64,000 nucleotides of DNA, taken from the NCBI GenBank assembly GCA_951406725.2, contig OX597831.1, positions 69,440,001 through 69,504,000 on the forward strand. The letters are read 5' to 3'. Positions within the stretch are counted from its first letter, which is position 1, and the number at the start of each line of letters is the position of its first letter. A program made the position numbers and the translations under genes. This document shows positions 39,954 through 53,575 of this stretch, piece after piece. This stretch comes from Octopus vulgaris (lineage: Eukaryota). The notes beneath the pieces were generated by a model. That model saw nothing but the letters and a program-made list of their open reading frames with translations, was not told the origin of the DNA and made no database searches.

Positions 39954-41765
39954 AAAGACAGAATTTAATAAAATTAGAACAGATGGACACATTAGTATAA
40001 TTATACCTAAAATTTCCAAGAATTTAAGGAGATAGTCAAAGAACATGCTGTCCCATTCCAGTTTAGAAGTTACTGAATTTTCAAGAAGATATACATTGTT
40101 ACAGACTCTGCCTGTCACTGATTTTTTGTTTTTATGGGGTCAGTTTTAATTTATAGACTAGTTTATCAAATCCCTTGTATATCTAAGGCTGAGAGAACAA
40201 AGGGCAGTATCTGTTAGGGGTAGGGCTGAAGGAGCAGACAGACATCATATGTTGGTATAGTCATAAAAATCAAGATTTATTAGAAGCAATATCATGAGGT
40301 TTGATAAAAGAAAACTTAAAACAAGATGTTAGCTGACACTTAAGGAAGTCTCCCACTAGCAGACCATTGATAATAAAATAGGGGAAGTCTTATCATGAGG
40401 TACTATAGTTAAATATTTTAAACAATGTTGCTATATTGCATACAGAGGATTATTAAGAAGAATATTATAACAAAAGGATAGAAATTTATGAATACTTTTG
40501 AGTGTATACCAAACTTTTACCACAAGAGAGGGAGGAAAAGAAATTATCCAGAAATAGTTTAATATTTATACATATTTTTCACTTAAATACCAATTCATCA
40601 GATGGTAACTGTGAATATTGATTAATTGGTATATATTGGTATTAATTGGTATATACAGGTATTGAGGTAAAGGAACATGCTAATTATATATTAGTAAAAT
40701 TATAATCTAAGCAATATTTTTTTATAAGTTGTCAATATACCAGTATAGTTTTATATAAGCTAAGTATGAATTTATAGAGATACAAAAATTAGATTAATTT
40801 TATAAATAAATAAAAGCTAAGTATAAAATAATAAAGAAATAAAATAAAATAATCAAGTAGGGCAGAACACCATAGAAAAGGAAATAAAATGGCTTAATTA
40901 CTAATACTATGGTAAAGTATATGTAGCTTAACACCATTAGAGAAGATTTTTAGAAAAAGTAAAATAATTCAAAATATATTAGACTAAAATTTATATATTT
41001 AGCTAATATCAATAAAACACTGATATCTGGTATCAGCTAAAGGAATATTTGGTATGGAACAATCATATTTTACACTAATCTTTTTTTAAAGACTAAGGGT
41101 TATATTATAGGTTTAAGAAGTTATTATTGTTACTCCCTACATGATATTTATAGTTTCTTAGTGGTACTTGTTTAGAAGGATTAATTATATAAAGGCCCAT
41201 ATAATTACTAAGATCAGGAGGGTAGAGCCATTTAAGAAAGAGATAAATCAAGTAATTTCTAAAGATCATTTCAAACAATATTGTCTTATTGTATAAAGTT
41301 AAAATTTAAGGTAATCAAGAAGATTATTATTATTAATATTAGTATTATTAAGATTTAAATTATCATTTTTATTTTTATTGTTAATATTTTCACTATTAAT
41401 AATTACATTATCAAGTATGCTATGTTCATGTCTGTTATTTTTTAATTCCACTTCAATCATATTATCATATAAAATCGCCTCTGCATCATCAGGCATACAA
41501 GTAGTTTCCATGCCTGTATATATACTGGGGCTATAATCCATAATGTTTTTATTAGAAGTGCTACCACTAAGCATTCTTTTCACCCCATCATCATCAATAC
41601 TACTATTTTCATTTTGGGGGTTTAAGTTATAGTTGACAGCACTATTATTATTATTATTGATATAATTATTATTATTGCTATTGTTATTTTTTTAAAATTA
41701 TTATTATTATTGTTAATGTTACTAATGTGTCCATCAGTTCTAATTTAATTAAATTCTATGTCTTT

Positions 41766-41854
41766 GTGCAGCTGAAGATTGCTCTGCATTTTAAATTGAT
41801 GTAATGATTGCAATGTTCAATTAAATGGAGTTGCATGAAACGATTGTACTGCAT
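41766..41854 (+). ncRNA. Type-I hammerhead ribozyme motif (inverted partner of 39865-39953)
   Basis: GTGCAG CTGAAGA TTGC...GCAT GAAAC GATT GTA CTGCAT. Confidence 0.75.
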
Positions 41855-41884
41855 TACCTCTAGAAATCCTTGTTGCTTATTTTG

Positions 41885-41915
<31 letters not shown>

Positions 41916-42341
41916 CATATCTGTGTGTGTATGAACACATGTATACATGCACACATGTAAACATATGCATATGTGTGTATATATATGTGTGTGTGTATAA
42001 GTATGTAAGTGTGTAAGCCTGCATGTGCTGATTACTCAATACTTGCATACATCAAATACTCACAGAGAAATTAATAGAGAGAGATTGAGAGAGGGAGAGC
42101 AAGACAGAGGAAGAGGGAGAGAACTTTATGTATATATCTTTTCTCATTAACACCTTATACTTCTAAGAGATAGCTAGATAAATAGGCATTTAGGCTTTAA
42201 AAAGAATTACATTAAATTTAAATTTTTGTACTGACTGAAATATATGTCACTTTAATTTAGAGATGCAAAGCTTTGCTAATAAAAAAATTAAATATGAAAA
42301 TAGTTTTCCCTCTGATATAAGAAAATTATATTGCTTCTTAC

Positions 42342-42428
42342 CTAAATGACAGTGGCATTTTGCTTTTTGAAGATGCATGAAGGTGGGGAACTGGAAGTAA
42401 GCAAATTGTATTTTCCTCATCCTGTTAC
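42342..42428 (-). other. Candidate 87-nt exon
   Basis: Minus strand cattctgtag|GTAACAGG...CATTTAG|gtaaga; open in phase 1-1 (GNRMRKIQFAYFQFPTFMHLQKAKCHCHL). Confidence 0.35.
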
Positions 42429-43114
42429 CTACAGAATGTATGTTGTGGGTGAGTGTTGCAAAGAAAAAATAAAAAAAGCAAAAAAGAAAAATAGCAAAAG
42501 AGTAGAAATTCATTTCTTAACCACTTAAAATTAATGAAATCAATTTATGTATCAAATAGCCACTAATGAAAATACTTTCAAAACAAAATAGCAATCTAAA
42601 TAATTAAAATACAATAATGGTGGTGGTGGTGATAGTGTTGTTGATAATGATGGTTGTAATGGCGGTGAGGGGTTATACAGATGATGATGATGATAATGAT
42701 GTTGGTAATGATGGTGGTGGTGATGAAAGCAGAAGAGGGATGAAGGTGAAACATTATCTCTGAATTAATTAAGCTTGATGAAGAACATTTGTCAGACTAT
42801 ATAGTTCTGTAATATTTAATTAATTTAAATGCTGAGTTGCAGTTCCATGTTCTCTTTTCAAAAATTTGCTTCCACAAACACAATTTCAACCTAATACAAT
42901 AGTTCACGTACTTCTTTTCATATAAATACACTCTACATAATCACACACATATGCACACACATGCACATAAATACACATTCAAGTAAGCAATGCTTATATA
43001 TGTCTGTCTATATGTATTTATGTATGTATATATCTAGATATCCATCGATCCATATATTCATCTATCTGTCTGTATGTATGTATGTATGTATGTTTGTCAG
43101 TGTGTCTATCTATT

Positions 43115-43160
<46 letters not shown>

Positions 43161-43431
43161 ATTTATGTATGTATGTATGTATGTATGTTTGTATGTGTAT
43201 TGGATAAATAATTACAATGAGAGTGGTTGCAGTTAAGTGGATTTGTGGCTAAGGAATTTGCGTCATATCTGCATGATTTGGGGTTTTGTCTCACATGACA
43301 CATTGAGCATGTGTTTTCTATTTGGGTTGACCAATGCTTCAGGAGTAGAATTAATAGCTGGAAACTGAAAGAAAGCCTGATTTACACACACACTCACACA
43401 CACAAACACAAAAACATGCACATCAATCATG

Positions 43432-43743
43432 ATAAGAGAAAAATTAATTAAGCAGATAAGGCCAAAAATGTCGCTAGAAGCTGGGATCACCAAGCGTAGA
43501 TTGGCATATTTCGGTCATATTATGCGGAGAGAATCCCTGGAGAAGGACATCATGCTCAGAATTGTCAGTGGCAAGAGAGGAAGAGGCCGACCAAGAACCA
43601 GCTGGCTTGAAACCATCAGGAGTGATACCGGAATGGACATGGCCAATCTGAAGGAAGCGGCCCAGGATAAAACTGACTGGAGGACACTGATCCAACGAGT
43701 GACTGAGAGTCGACTTCGACTGAGCGGATAGAGAGAGAGAGAG
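43432..43743 (+). mobile_element. 5'-truncated RTE/BovB-type LINE 3' end with (GA)n tail and ATCATG target duplication
   Basis: RRLAYFGHIMRRESLEKDIM...GKRGRGRPRTSWL...WRTLI; ATCATG at 43426-43431 and 43744-43749. Confidence 0.92.
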
Positions 43744-43769
43744 ATCATGTCTTTATTTACTTTATCTTT

Positions 43770-44160
43770 TACGTTTTACTTGTTTCAGTCACTAGACTGT
43801 GGCCATGCTGGGGCACCACATTGGAAAATTATTAGTTGAATGGATCGACCCCAGTACTTATTTTTTTAAAGCCTGGTACTTATTCTGTCAATCTCGTTTT
43901 TGCTGAACCACTAAGTTACAGATACACAAACACACCAGAGTTGGTTGTCAAATGGTGGTGGGACACACACACGCATGCATGCACACACGCACACACATAC
44001 ATGATAGGCTTCTTTCAGTTTCCATTTACCAAATCCACTCACAAGACTTTGGTTGGCCCAAGGCTATAGTAGAATACATTTGTCCAAGGCACCACACAGT
44101 AGGACTGAACCTGGAACCATGTAGTCTGGAAGCAAGCTTCTTAAAACACAGCCATGCCTG
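43770..44160 (-). mobile_element. SINE family A, older subfamily
   Basis: Reverse-complement family match. Confidence 0.85.
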
Positions 44161-44559
44161 TGTCTTATATACAAATATTAAGACTCTTCAAGTTTTCTGA
44201 AAGAAGTAAGCAGGAAAACTGGTTAAATCTTTTATCTTTTTTTTATCTACTGCTGGTGAGCTAATATTTATCTCTGCTGAAAAAGGAGTAATCACATTCT
44301 TTTATAGTTTGGTATGATTGTCATCGACAGGTCATTGAGGTTACGGAACAAAAGAAAATGTTCTGAGCTAAAGTTTTGCATTAAAAGAATTTTGGGCTCA
44401 GTGATTGTATGCACCTATTTATGTATGTGGGTGTGTGATTGTGCAAGTGCATGCATGTGCATATGTGAATATTGACCTGTGTCTTATAAATATCTGCACA
44501 AACACACATGTGTGCGTGCACACACACACAGATACATATGTAGATATATAAATGTGAAA

Positions 44560-45015
44560 ATCAAGTGAAAATCAAAGAATCAAATCAAAATCGAAATCGA
44601 TCAACATCAATGGAATTTGTAGTTTGTGGTACCAGTGCCAGTGGCACATAAGAGAACCATCCGAACGTGGCCGTAGCCAGCACCGCATCGACTGGCCTCC
44701 GTGCTGGTGGCACGTAACAAACACCATCCGATCGTGGCTGTGCCAGCCTCGCCTGGCCTCTGTGCCAGTGGCACATAAAAAACACCATCCGAGCATGGCT
44801 GTTTGCCAGCTTCATCTGGCACCTGTGTCGGTGGCACATAAAAAGCACCCACTACACTCATGGAGTGGTTGGCGTTAGGAAGGGCATCCAGCTGTAGAAA
44901 CACCGCCAGATCTGACTGGCCTGGTGCAGCCTTCGGGATTCCCAGACCCCAGTTGAACCGTCCAACCCATGCTAGCATGGAAAGCGGACGTTAAACGATG
45001 ATGATGATGATGGTG
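44560..45015 (+). mobile_element. RTE 3' UTR (family C), long copy with four ~60-bp internal sub-repeats
   Basis: GTGGCAC(A/G)TAA...CACC recurs at ~44641, 44707, 44768 and 44831, followed by the common tail and (GAT)n. Confidence 0.9.
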
Positions 45016-45975
45016 ATAAATACATGCAGATACATATATAGATACACATGCTGCTCATAAAAAATGCACATACACATACATAGGAACAAAAGTTCTCGGT
45101 TATATATAAAACTAATAAAATTAACAAAAAAGGGAGTAAAAAGAAGTTAAAGGGGATAGGTTAAAGAAAAAAATGACAATGAAATCTCATTTTCTTGAAT
45201 TTTCACAATGGAAGAGAAAATTGAAGAAAATGGAGACACAAAGGAGAAATTCTTTAGTCTCGTGTTTTCATCTTATTCTATAGGGACTTTTCAAAGCATA
45301 GAAATTTTCTTTTTCATGTGTATCCATGCATATAAATGCATATATGCACCTATATAATTTGTGTGTGTATCTATATGTCATGGGCCAGTGTTCACACATA
45401 TGTCTATGCACATACATATATATATGTCCACAGTCAAATTACTGAAGCAAGTAAAAGAATATCTATATATGTGATTTTGTGTGTGTGTGTGTGTATGTGT
45501 ATGTATGTCTAGGCATTTGCTTGTGTGAAACTTTTATTCGATTAGGACCCATCTTCCGATGAATTTTTGCTTTATCATAATACCCAAACTTATAGAAACT
45601 AGTAATATTTATCTACTATATTATTATTATTATCATTATCATTATTACCACCATTATCATTATATTCTTTCAATTTTTTTATCCATTTCTTGCTGCTGAT
45701 TGTCTTCCTGACACCTAGGGTAAAGAAACTCACTGTATACATTAGCAGGCCACTAAAATAAAGACACTAGGTCATTCATTTACAAAGTAATATGAGAGAA
45801 AAATAGGGGAAGAAAGTCAGAGAAAAAAAGAAAGAAGGAAAAAAGAGAAAAAGAAAAACATTAAATAAATTAAATAAAGGGGAAAGGGGAAAAAAATTTG
45901 CAGCGACAATGCTCTTCTCAATATATGTATCATACCAGTTAAAACAATTACATGTGATGTACCATTTAAGACAAC

Positions 45976-46012
<37 letters not shown>

Positions 46013-46230
46013 AGACAGTGAGCTGGCAGAATCGTTTAGTATGCCGGGCAAAATGCTTAGCGGTATTTCATCTGGCTTTATATTCTGAGTTCAAATTCCA
46101 CTGAGGTTGACTTTGCCTTTCATCCTTTCAGGGTCAATAAATTAAATACCAATGAAACACTGGCGTTGATGTAATCAACTTGTCCCCTCCCCCAAAATTT
46201 CAGGCCTTGTTCCTATACCAGAAAGAATTA
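46013..46230 (+). mobile_element. SINE family B, flanked by (ATT)n
   Basis: Family motifs intact. Confidence 0.85.
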
Positions 46231-46236
46231 TTATTA

Positions 46237-46277
<41 letters not shown>

Positions 46278-46854
46278 GAGAGAGTAGTGCATGCCAACAA
46301 AGTGATGCTAGGGTACAAATATACAAAACCCTTATCAGAAGGGTTGTCATGACCCATCATGATCACCCTTCTGATAAATGTTACACTTGACTCATGCATC
46401 ACAACCATATGTATACGACATGGTGATCTCATATCTTGATAAACAGTGCATGACCTTGCAGGTGAGGCCTAGTTAGAATTTTCTTCAGGTCAAGTAGTCC
46501 ATCCTGTTCAAGCAGTCCCTGGATAAGGGTTGTTTAAGGATAATGAATGAAACACCCCTGTTTCCACAGGTGAATGTTTCAGACCCCGAAGAATCCTTGT
46601 CAATACATGGCTATGAGGCTCCTCCAACTACTTCTGATCAGGATCAGCAATGCTCATTTCGTCAGCTGCTGAGAGATATGATCAACAGGTGAAGGTCAAG
46701 CAAGTGACAAGCAAGTTTGCAATATTGAGTAGAATATTTGTTGTAGCCCATCCTTTGCACCAAGACTAAACATGTACATTTAAAATCTTTCAGTTAGTTA
46801 TGAGACAGTACCACTGCCTGATACTATATCAGGGCACTTAATATCATTTTTATT

Positions 46855-47085
46855 AAGGTGGAAAGTTAACAGAACCATTAGCACACTAGGCAAAATGCTT
46901 AGTGGCATTTTGTCTGTCTTCATGTTCTGAGTTCAAATTCTGCTACAGTCAACTTTGCTTTTCATCCTTTTGGGTCGATAAATTAAGTATCATTTATTCA
47001 CTGGGGTTGAAATAATCGACTAACACCCCCCCCCACATACACACACCTCAAAACTTCAGGCCTTGTGCCTTTACTAGAAAGGATA
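46855..47085 (+). mobile_element. SINE family B
   Basis: Family motifs. Confidence 0.8.
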
Positions 47086-47793
47086 TTTATTATTATTATC
47101 ATTATATTTGGCAAGTCAAGGAAGTTTGGTTCATGAGGACTCTGCTTTGCCAAACCATGGTAAAATGCACTCTATATACTCTGGAAAATGGTTGGTATTT
47201 AGGAAGATCATCCAGACATAGAAGCTATACCAAGACTGAGTTGTTTGAGTGAAACATGATCTTGTGACCCTCTCTAAGGTTGCAGTAACTCCAATAAAAC
47301 TCATACTAACTGTTAAATTTTCCAACTTGTGCCAGCATGCAAAATGAAAATGATGATGATAGGTGCATACATTCTAGCAAACACATATACATCCATTAAC
47401 ACACCAGCATACACACACACACACACACATCCAAACCTCATTCAAGTAAATTCATCTGTCAATTATAATTGTATTTCTGGGATATAAAAATACCAACTGC
47501 CAATTTCAAACACCTCTTGGCATTACTCTCTTTTCAAAGATATTTTTACTTTGTCTCATTTTCTTATCATTGTCAGAGAATGATAATAATAGTTTCTCCT
47601 GTAAACACAAGGCCCAAAACTTCTGGGTGGGGGTTAGTCAATTCCATGAACCCCAATATTAGAGTGGTACTTATTTCTGCCAGCTCATCACCTCATAATG
47701 ATATTAAAAATAAAAATTATTTCTAATCTGGGTTCAAGGTGAGCAATTTTGATGGGGAGGTGTTAGTGGATACTTTGACTTCAGTACTTAACT

Positions 47794-48024
47794 GGCGGCG
47801 AGCTGGCAGAAACGTTAGCGCACCAGGCGAAATGTTCAGCAGTATTTCGTCTGTCGCTACGTTCTGAGTTCAAATTCCGCTATGGTCGACTTTGCTTTTC
47901 ATCCTTTCAGGGTCGGTTAAATAAGTACCAGTTACGCACTGGGTCGATATAATCGACTTAATCCATTTGTCTGTCCTTGTTTGTCCCCTCTGTGTTTAGC
48001 CCCTTGTGGGTAGTAAAGAAATAG
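47794..48024 (+). mobile_element. Younger SINE family B variant with a different tail, nested in an older antisense family B copy
   Basis: CpG-rich head GGCGGCGAGCTGGCAGAAACG. The flanks (47740-47793 and 48025-48065) join to give the antisense ACTGGTA..TT..GGATGAAAGGCAA motif. Confidence 0.8.
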
Positions 48025-48155
48025 GTATTTTATATTATTGACTCCAGTGGGATGAAAGGCAAGTATGATTGAAACTCACCTCCATCTTGCATCATGTACA
48101 CAGCAGACATCTGCTCACCTTTGTTCTAGCATTTCTACAATTCCTCCTGACCTAC

Positions 48156-48336
48156 CTTTCATTTATAGTTGTTGACTTGTATTTGTAGTGGAAGACTTAA
48201 GCTATCATTCCATTCAAAACCATTAACTGGATATCTTTTGAAGGGTCCACCCTGTTTGAAACATTTGGGTAGGGATTCCAGTCTGAGAATACCAGTCTTG
48301 GAGGCCTTAAAAAACATGAGTATTGCCCTGCTTTCT
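48156..48336 (-). other. Candidate 181-nt exon
   Basis: Minus strand ttttcattgccttacag|AGAAAG...ATGAAAG|gtaggt; no frame fully open. Confidence 0.35.
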
Positions 48337-48856
48337 CTGTAAGGCAATGAAAATTTTTTTTTTTTTAATATTTAGTTTTTCATTTTACTGATTGGTTTTC
48401 TTTAACATTAATTAAGATTATTTATAATGGTATTACAAGATTCACAAGAAATATTGATATAGCTTCAGATGAAAATTTTTCATTCATGACATTTTTGATT
48501 TCATCTGAAAAGAGGGATCATTGTAAAATTTCTTCATCTATTTCAAATTTAGATCAATTCCCAGTTTCATTGATTTCTGACACAACTACAATTTTTCATA
48601 TTTTTTCTGTGAGATGGAATGAGACTTTATGTTATTTATGCCTTCAGCAAAAATATTAATAATTCTAGATGAGTGAAATATCAGTGCATGGAAACTTGGT
48701 TTCAAATTTTACCCATAGAGAATTTCCTACCAAATTACTGGTCTAGGATTAATAACTTCATAAAGACCATAAAAAAGTGTTGATAACGATGTTAAATCTG
48801 ATAATCAATCCAAACTTAAAAAGACAGTTTTGAACTTATATAATCACATGCACACA

Positions 48857-49264
48857 GGCGCAGGAGTGGCTGTGTGGTAAGTAGCTTGCTTACCAACCAC
48901 ATGGTTCCGGGTTCAGTCCCACTGTGTGGCACCTTGGGCAAGTGTCTTCTACTATACCCTCAGGCCGACCAAAGCCTTGTGAGTGGATTTGGTAGATGGA
49001 AAGAAGCCCATCGTATATATGTATATATATATATATATGTGCATGTCTGTTTGTGTGTCTGTGTTTGATCCCAAGTATTGCTCGACAACTGATGCTGGTG
49101 TGTTTATGTCCCCATCACTTAGCGGTTCGGCAAAAGAGACCGATAGAATAACTACTAAGCTTACAAAGAATAAGTCCCAGGGTCGAGCTGCTTGATTAAA
49201 GGTGGTGCTCCAGCATGGCCACAGTCAAATGACTGAAACAAGTAAAAGAGTAAAGAGTAAGAGT
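48857..49264 (+). mobile_element. SINE family A, full length
   Basis: Head, core, microsatellite and (AAAGAGT)n tail are all present. Confidence 0.93.
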
Positions 49265-50617
49265 ATACACATACACATGATTTTCAGTCTTTATGACATT
49301 TCAGCTCAATTTTCTAAATGATTATCATTCAGCAAGGGAAACCTTCAAATACTGACATAAGTGTGTCTAAATTCTTCAAGCTGTTACACATTTTAGTATC
49401 TCACTACAGAAAATATGACTGTCGTTATAATAAATTTACCTTCACTCTCTGTCTCCATCTGACATCAAACTGTATACCTTTTCAAACTACCCATACCATC
49501 TCTGATAACTGATTACCCACCTTTGCTCACTTTCATATTTATATTCGCCACTTGTTTACATGTATGTTTATTTTTTACAGCCTGTTATGCTAATTTTGTT
49601 TCTTGATTGTCCTCCATCAATTTCCTGTATACCTTTGATTTCTCTCTCTAAAGTTGACTTTAAGTTATTTACACAACAAAACTTTCTTCTGTACATGTCT
49701 ATTTCTGCATATCCACTACCCATCATTCTAATCAATTGTATCCATAAAGTTGCATCATTAGAAGTGTTATGATATCTTCAGTTTTCTGGTGTTGATTTTT
49801 TATTATTTGCTGTAAAGATCCAAAAAACTAATTATATATTCTTTAATATTAAGTAAGCTGTATCATCATTTTGACTTCCCTTATCATATAATTGTATTTG
49901 TAACCTAACACATGTCAAAATTTAATCAAGAAAATAGTAGATACTTAGTCCCGAAATTTTATATTTAGTTTTGTAATTTTCATTCTTCTTACGGTCAAAT
50001 GTTACCACATTTTCTATCACTCCAATGTTTTTTAGAATAAGAATCCAAAGCAGTAGAACAATGAAATAAGTTTTTAATATCCTCCTACCTAGGAAATGTT
50101 TTTATATTAAAGGATGAAATAATATTTACAAGTTAAAATTTAGCTTTATAGAAATTAGAAATACTAACTTAGTGAATTAACTAATGTGAAAAAACGTTAA
50201 TATCAAAATGAGAGAAAATATATTAAACTGTTGTGCATGGTCCACTCTGGCATCAGACGTGGAGCATAACATTAACAAAACATTCATCAAGTTGATTATG
50301 AGTCTTTGAGATGCTGACATATCAAATATTTTAAAGGATATTATAGATAGGACACAAAACTCATGATGATGCACAAAGAAAGGTGGCAGCAACTAAGAAG
50401 AATCGGAGAAAGAAATGAAACAGTTCGGAAAATCAATACGAAAAAATGGATAATAGTGATTTTTTTTTACTAAAATGGCAAAATGATTGGGAAAACCAAG
50501 AATTGTGTGAATTGATGATATCAAGATCTAAGCAAATTTAAATGATGGCTATCACACACATATAAAAAGAATGTAATAACTGACACGCCCAACATTCTTG
50601 ACAAGTAAGTATGAAAC

Positions 50618-50872
50618 ACCGGTGGCACGTAAAAAGCACCATCCGATCGTGGCCGTTTGCCAGCCTCGTCTGGCACCTGTGCAGGTGGCACATAAAAAGC
50701 ACCCACTACACTCTTGGAGAGGTTGGCGTTAGGAAGGGCATCCAGCTGTAGAAACACTGCCAGATCAGACTGGGCCTGGCGCAGCCTCCCGGCTTCCCAG
50801 ACCCCAGTTGAACCGTCCAACCCATGCTAGCATGGAAAACGGACGTTAAACGATGATGATGATGATGATGAT
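50618..50872 (+). mobile_element. RTE 3' tail (family C)
   Basis: Family motifs and (GAT)n. Confidence 0.9.
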
Positions 50873-52619
50873 AGCTAGATGTTAGTGTATAAACTCAGGT
50901 CAGTTCTGATAATACAGGTATGTGTGGTCAAGCATGACAAGTCTACCTTATTATCAAATAATATAGCCAATACTACATTATCCAAAATATTCTTCTGCAT
51001 ATGATGTTAAAGATGGTTTCAGAGACATTTGATTGTTATTTCTAGCAGATGTAATGGCAGTCTTTTAACCATCAAACATTAATGTTTACCAAATAACCTC
51101 CAGTTTCCAGAATAATGAGCAAATGAAAGGCAAATCTTTCCTGAGACAGGATGGTCATCTATTACAACCAGCCTTTCTTATGGGAAGAATTGAAGCCAGA
51201 TTTGCAAGCTAATATATTTGTATTAATTCTATAATGTTCCAACTGCATATGGTAATGATTTATGTCACTCAGAAAATTGTGGAAGAAGTTGAAGGACTTG
51301 CTCTTGTGAGAGGTAAGTACGTAGGTCAGTAATGAAATGAATGTCAGTAGTATACAGACTGTTGACCTCGCAGCTGGTTGTACACTATCTTATTGTCCAC
51401 ACAAAGCTCTCATACTATGGACATTTCTAATTTAAATGTTAAGTCTTTGTTTTAAAGAAAAGTGTGGGGTTCTTAGAAAGATTCGGTTGCTACTTTGAGA
51501 AGACTGAATTCACAAAAGCTCCCCAACTGACTTGAGTAAGCTAAAGTAAAAAGAATTGCTGCAAGGTTATTTAAGTGTATAGTTCTTCAGAATTTAGAAA
51601 TTCTATGAAATAACTGAAATAATGAGGATATAATAAAAGGTTTACATGGTTAGTTATTGGAAATATTAGGAGCCATTTCATTGTTTAATTTCAAAACTAC
51701 TTATAAGTTTCATCTTCTTCAAAGGTTACACTAAAATTGTCCAGCTTTGATTTGTTAAATTATTTGTTAAATTACATCTAGAAGGAATTTCTTGAGACTT
51801 CTTGACAAATTAGTTTCTGTATATGTGTGTTCCAGAAGACTGGATGTGAAGAGCAGCTAAATCTGTATTCTTTGTGAACTAATGTTAATTCAGTCTAGGA
51901 ACTTTTATAATTGATATAAATGTCAGTTCATATCCTGTAACTGGTTCTGTGTTGTTTCCATGACCAAAATACTAAATTCTGAAATGGCTCACTACACATT
52001 ACTGCAAATAAAGATCACTAATAAGAAAACGTCTTAAAATCCACTCCAAGCAGAAAATTTCAGAACAGTTCATTTTTGTTTTATGAACTTGTAATGCTGG
52101 GTCCAAATCATACTATGGGTTACAGCAGATCTGCCAAGCTGATTGCTTTAGATATACAATATATTAGCATTTTTCACTCTTGAAAGAATATAAAGATCAT
52201 CAGTGGGATACTGTGGGCTGGTATGAGAATATGCTGTTGTTCTTAGCAAGTGCCATTACAGCTTGGTACCAGGATTGTTACAGGAATTGAGGCAACAATA
52301 CTGTAAACAATATTACACTGGTCTAATGAGTAAGATAAACTCAAAGCTTTACATCATTGTTTCAGTTATTTTAATGGCTTAATCAAAAGAGTAAAGGTAG
52401 CACCTGTTACATGTTGCAGAACCTCCAAGGAAGAATCCACAATCCATGGTTTTCTGCAATAGGTAGCAGTGTATCAGGAAGTATTTTACATGGCAAGGTA
52501 TAGCTGCAAATCTGTGCAGTTGATGTTTGAAATCCTAGTTACTCTTCTCTCTGGGATACACAACATGAGCATAAGGCTTTTAGTGGCATCCAAGAAATCT
52601 ATCATCATCCCATTATCAT

Positions 52620-53435
52620 CTTTATGTCTCCTTTCTTACAACATCTCACCATTTGTTGTATTTCTTTGCCATCTCTGTTGTGAGGTCCAGCATTCCAAAC
52701 CCAGTTTTGATCACTTCTGCCCACACTTTCTAACTCTTTCACTTTCACACTTTCCTTCTACTTGGATATCCCTGCTCTTTTATACCTATCTATTATACTC
52801 TATACACATCATATATCTATACCAATGCAGTCTTTCTTGCACAGTAGAACTGGTTTATCCTCCACCTAGTTTATCTCTCACCTCGTCAAATATAACATCA
52901 CACATCTAGCTGAGCATGTTTGTCTCATTTCTTTCTAACTTTCACTGATTCTTTGCACCCAGTGCCCATGTCTCACTATCATGCAGGATTTCACTTCATT
53001 CACAAGCAGCATACAATCTATCCTTCAATCAAAAAGAGAATCCCTTGTTGCTAGCAGAGCTAACAGCTCCCTGTGCCTTTTCCACCTTATCATTATGTTT
53101 AGCTTCCATGCTTTCACAGCACTCTGCTGTACTGCTGATTAGGTTGTGCAGATAAAAGAAGTTATAACTACTTCTATAGCTTTGAAAGGAATTAATTTTA
53201 CTACTGCATTGACTTCTGACTACTCTTGCACACCTATCACATGCAAAGATCTTATTCACTATCAGCCTGTCTGTAATTTCAAAATTCATTTTGTGCAACC
53301 ATAGTTCAAATTGCAAACACGGCATGGAGTCTCTATCTACTTGTTTCCTGCATGTTAAGTATAGCCCTTTCTATGATTGCAGCACAGTCCTGTCTTTTGT
53401 TTTAAAGACTTTGGTTTTTGCCATATTTACCATAA
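52620..53435 (-). mobile_element. Old RTE LINE fragment (end of RT and C-terminal region)
   Basis: Collinear with 58350-59020: SETWA-like motif near 52960-52985 and the WLHK..C.RC Cys module at 53029-53325. Confidence 0.65.
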
Positions 53436-53575
53436 GAAGTAGGAGAACCAAAACTTGGTAAATGTCTAACTGCATACGAAATCCCTGAGTGAGCTGTTTG
53501 TACATAGCTGTCTAAGTTTTCTTAAAAACTACCAGTCTACAGATGGCATTACCCTAGCAAAGGCTTTTTCTAGAT

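Larger units (their letters stand above)
39715..41886 (-). mobile_element. Degenerate Penelope-like retroelement with inverted pLTRs (39833-39997 and 41720-41886)
   Basis: ~165-bp inverted repeats each carry a hammerhead. The interior minus strand has decayed PLE RT-like motifs (NGLLVGDFL ~40345-40370; LPF..LD ~40180-40207; VY.K.T ~40140-40160). (TA)n on both sides. Confidence 0.7.

Noticed and set aside
45550-45610. CCGATGA...GAAACTAGTA hammerhead-like core
   Set aside because: A palindromic ACTAGT is present, but stems I and II do not pair; too decayed to call.
51273-51318. Plus-strand 40-nt exon candidate ending GAG|GTAAGT, and a 12-nt microexon candidate near 54035-54047
   Set aside because: Isolated splice-like signals with no supporting neighbours; not distinguishable from chance.
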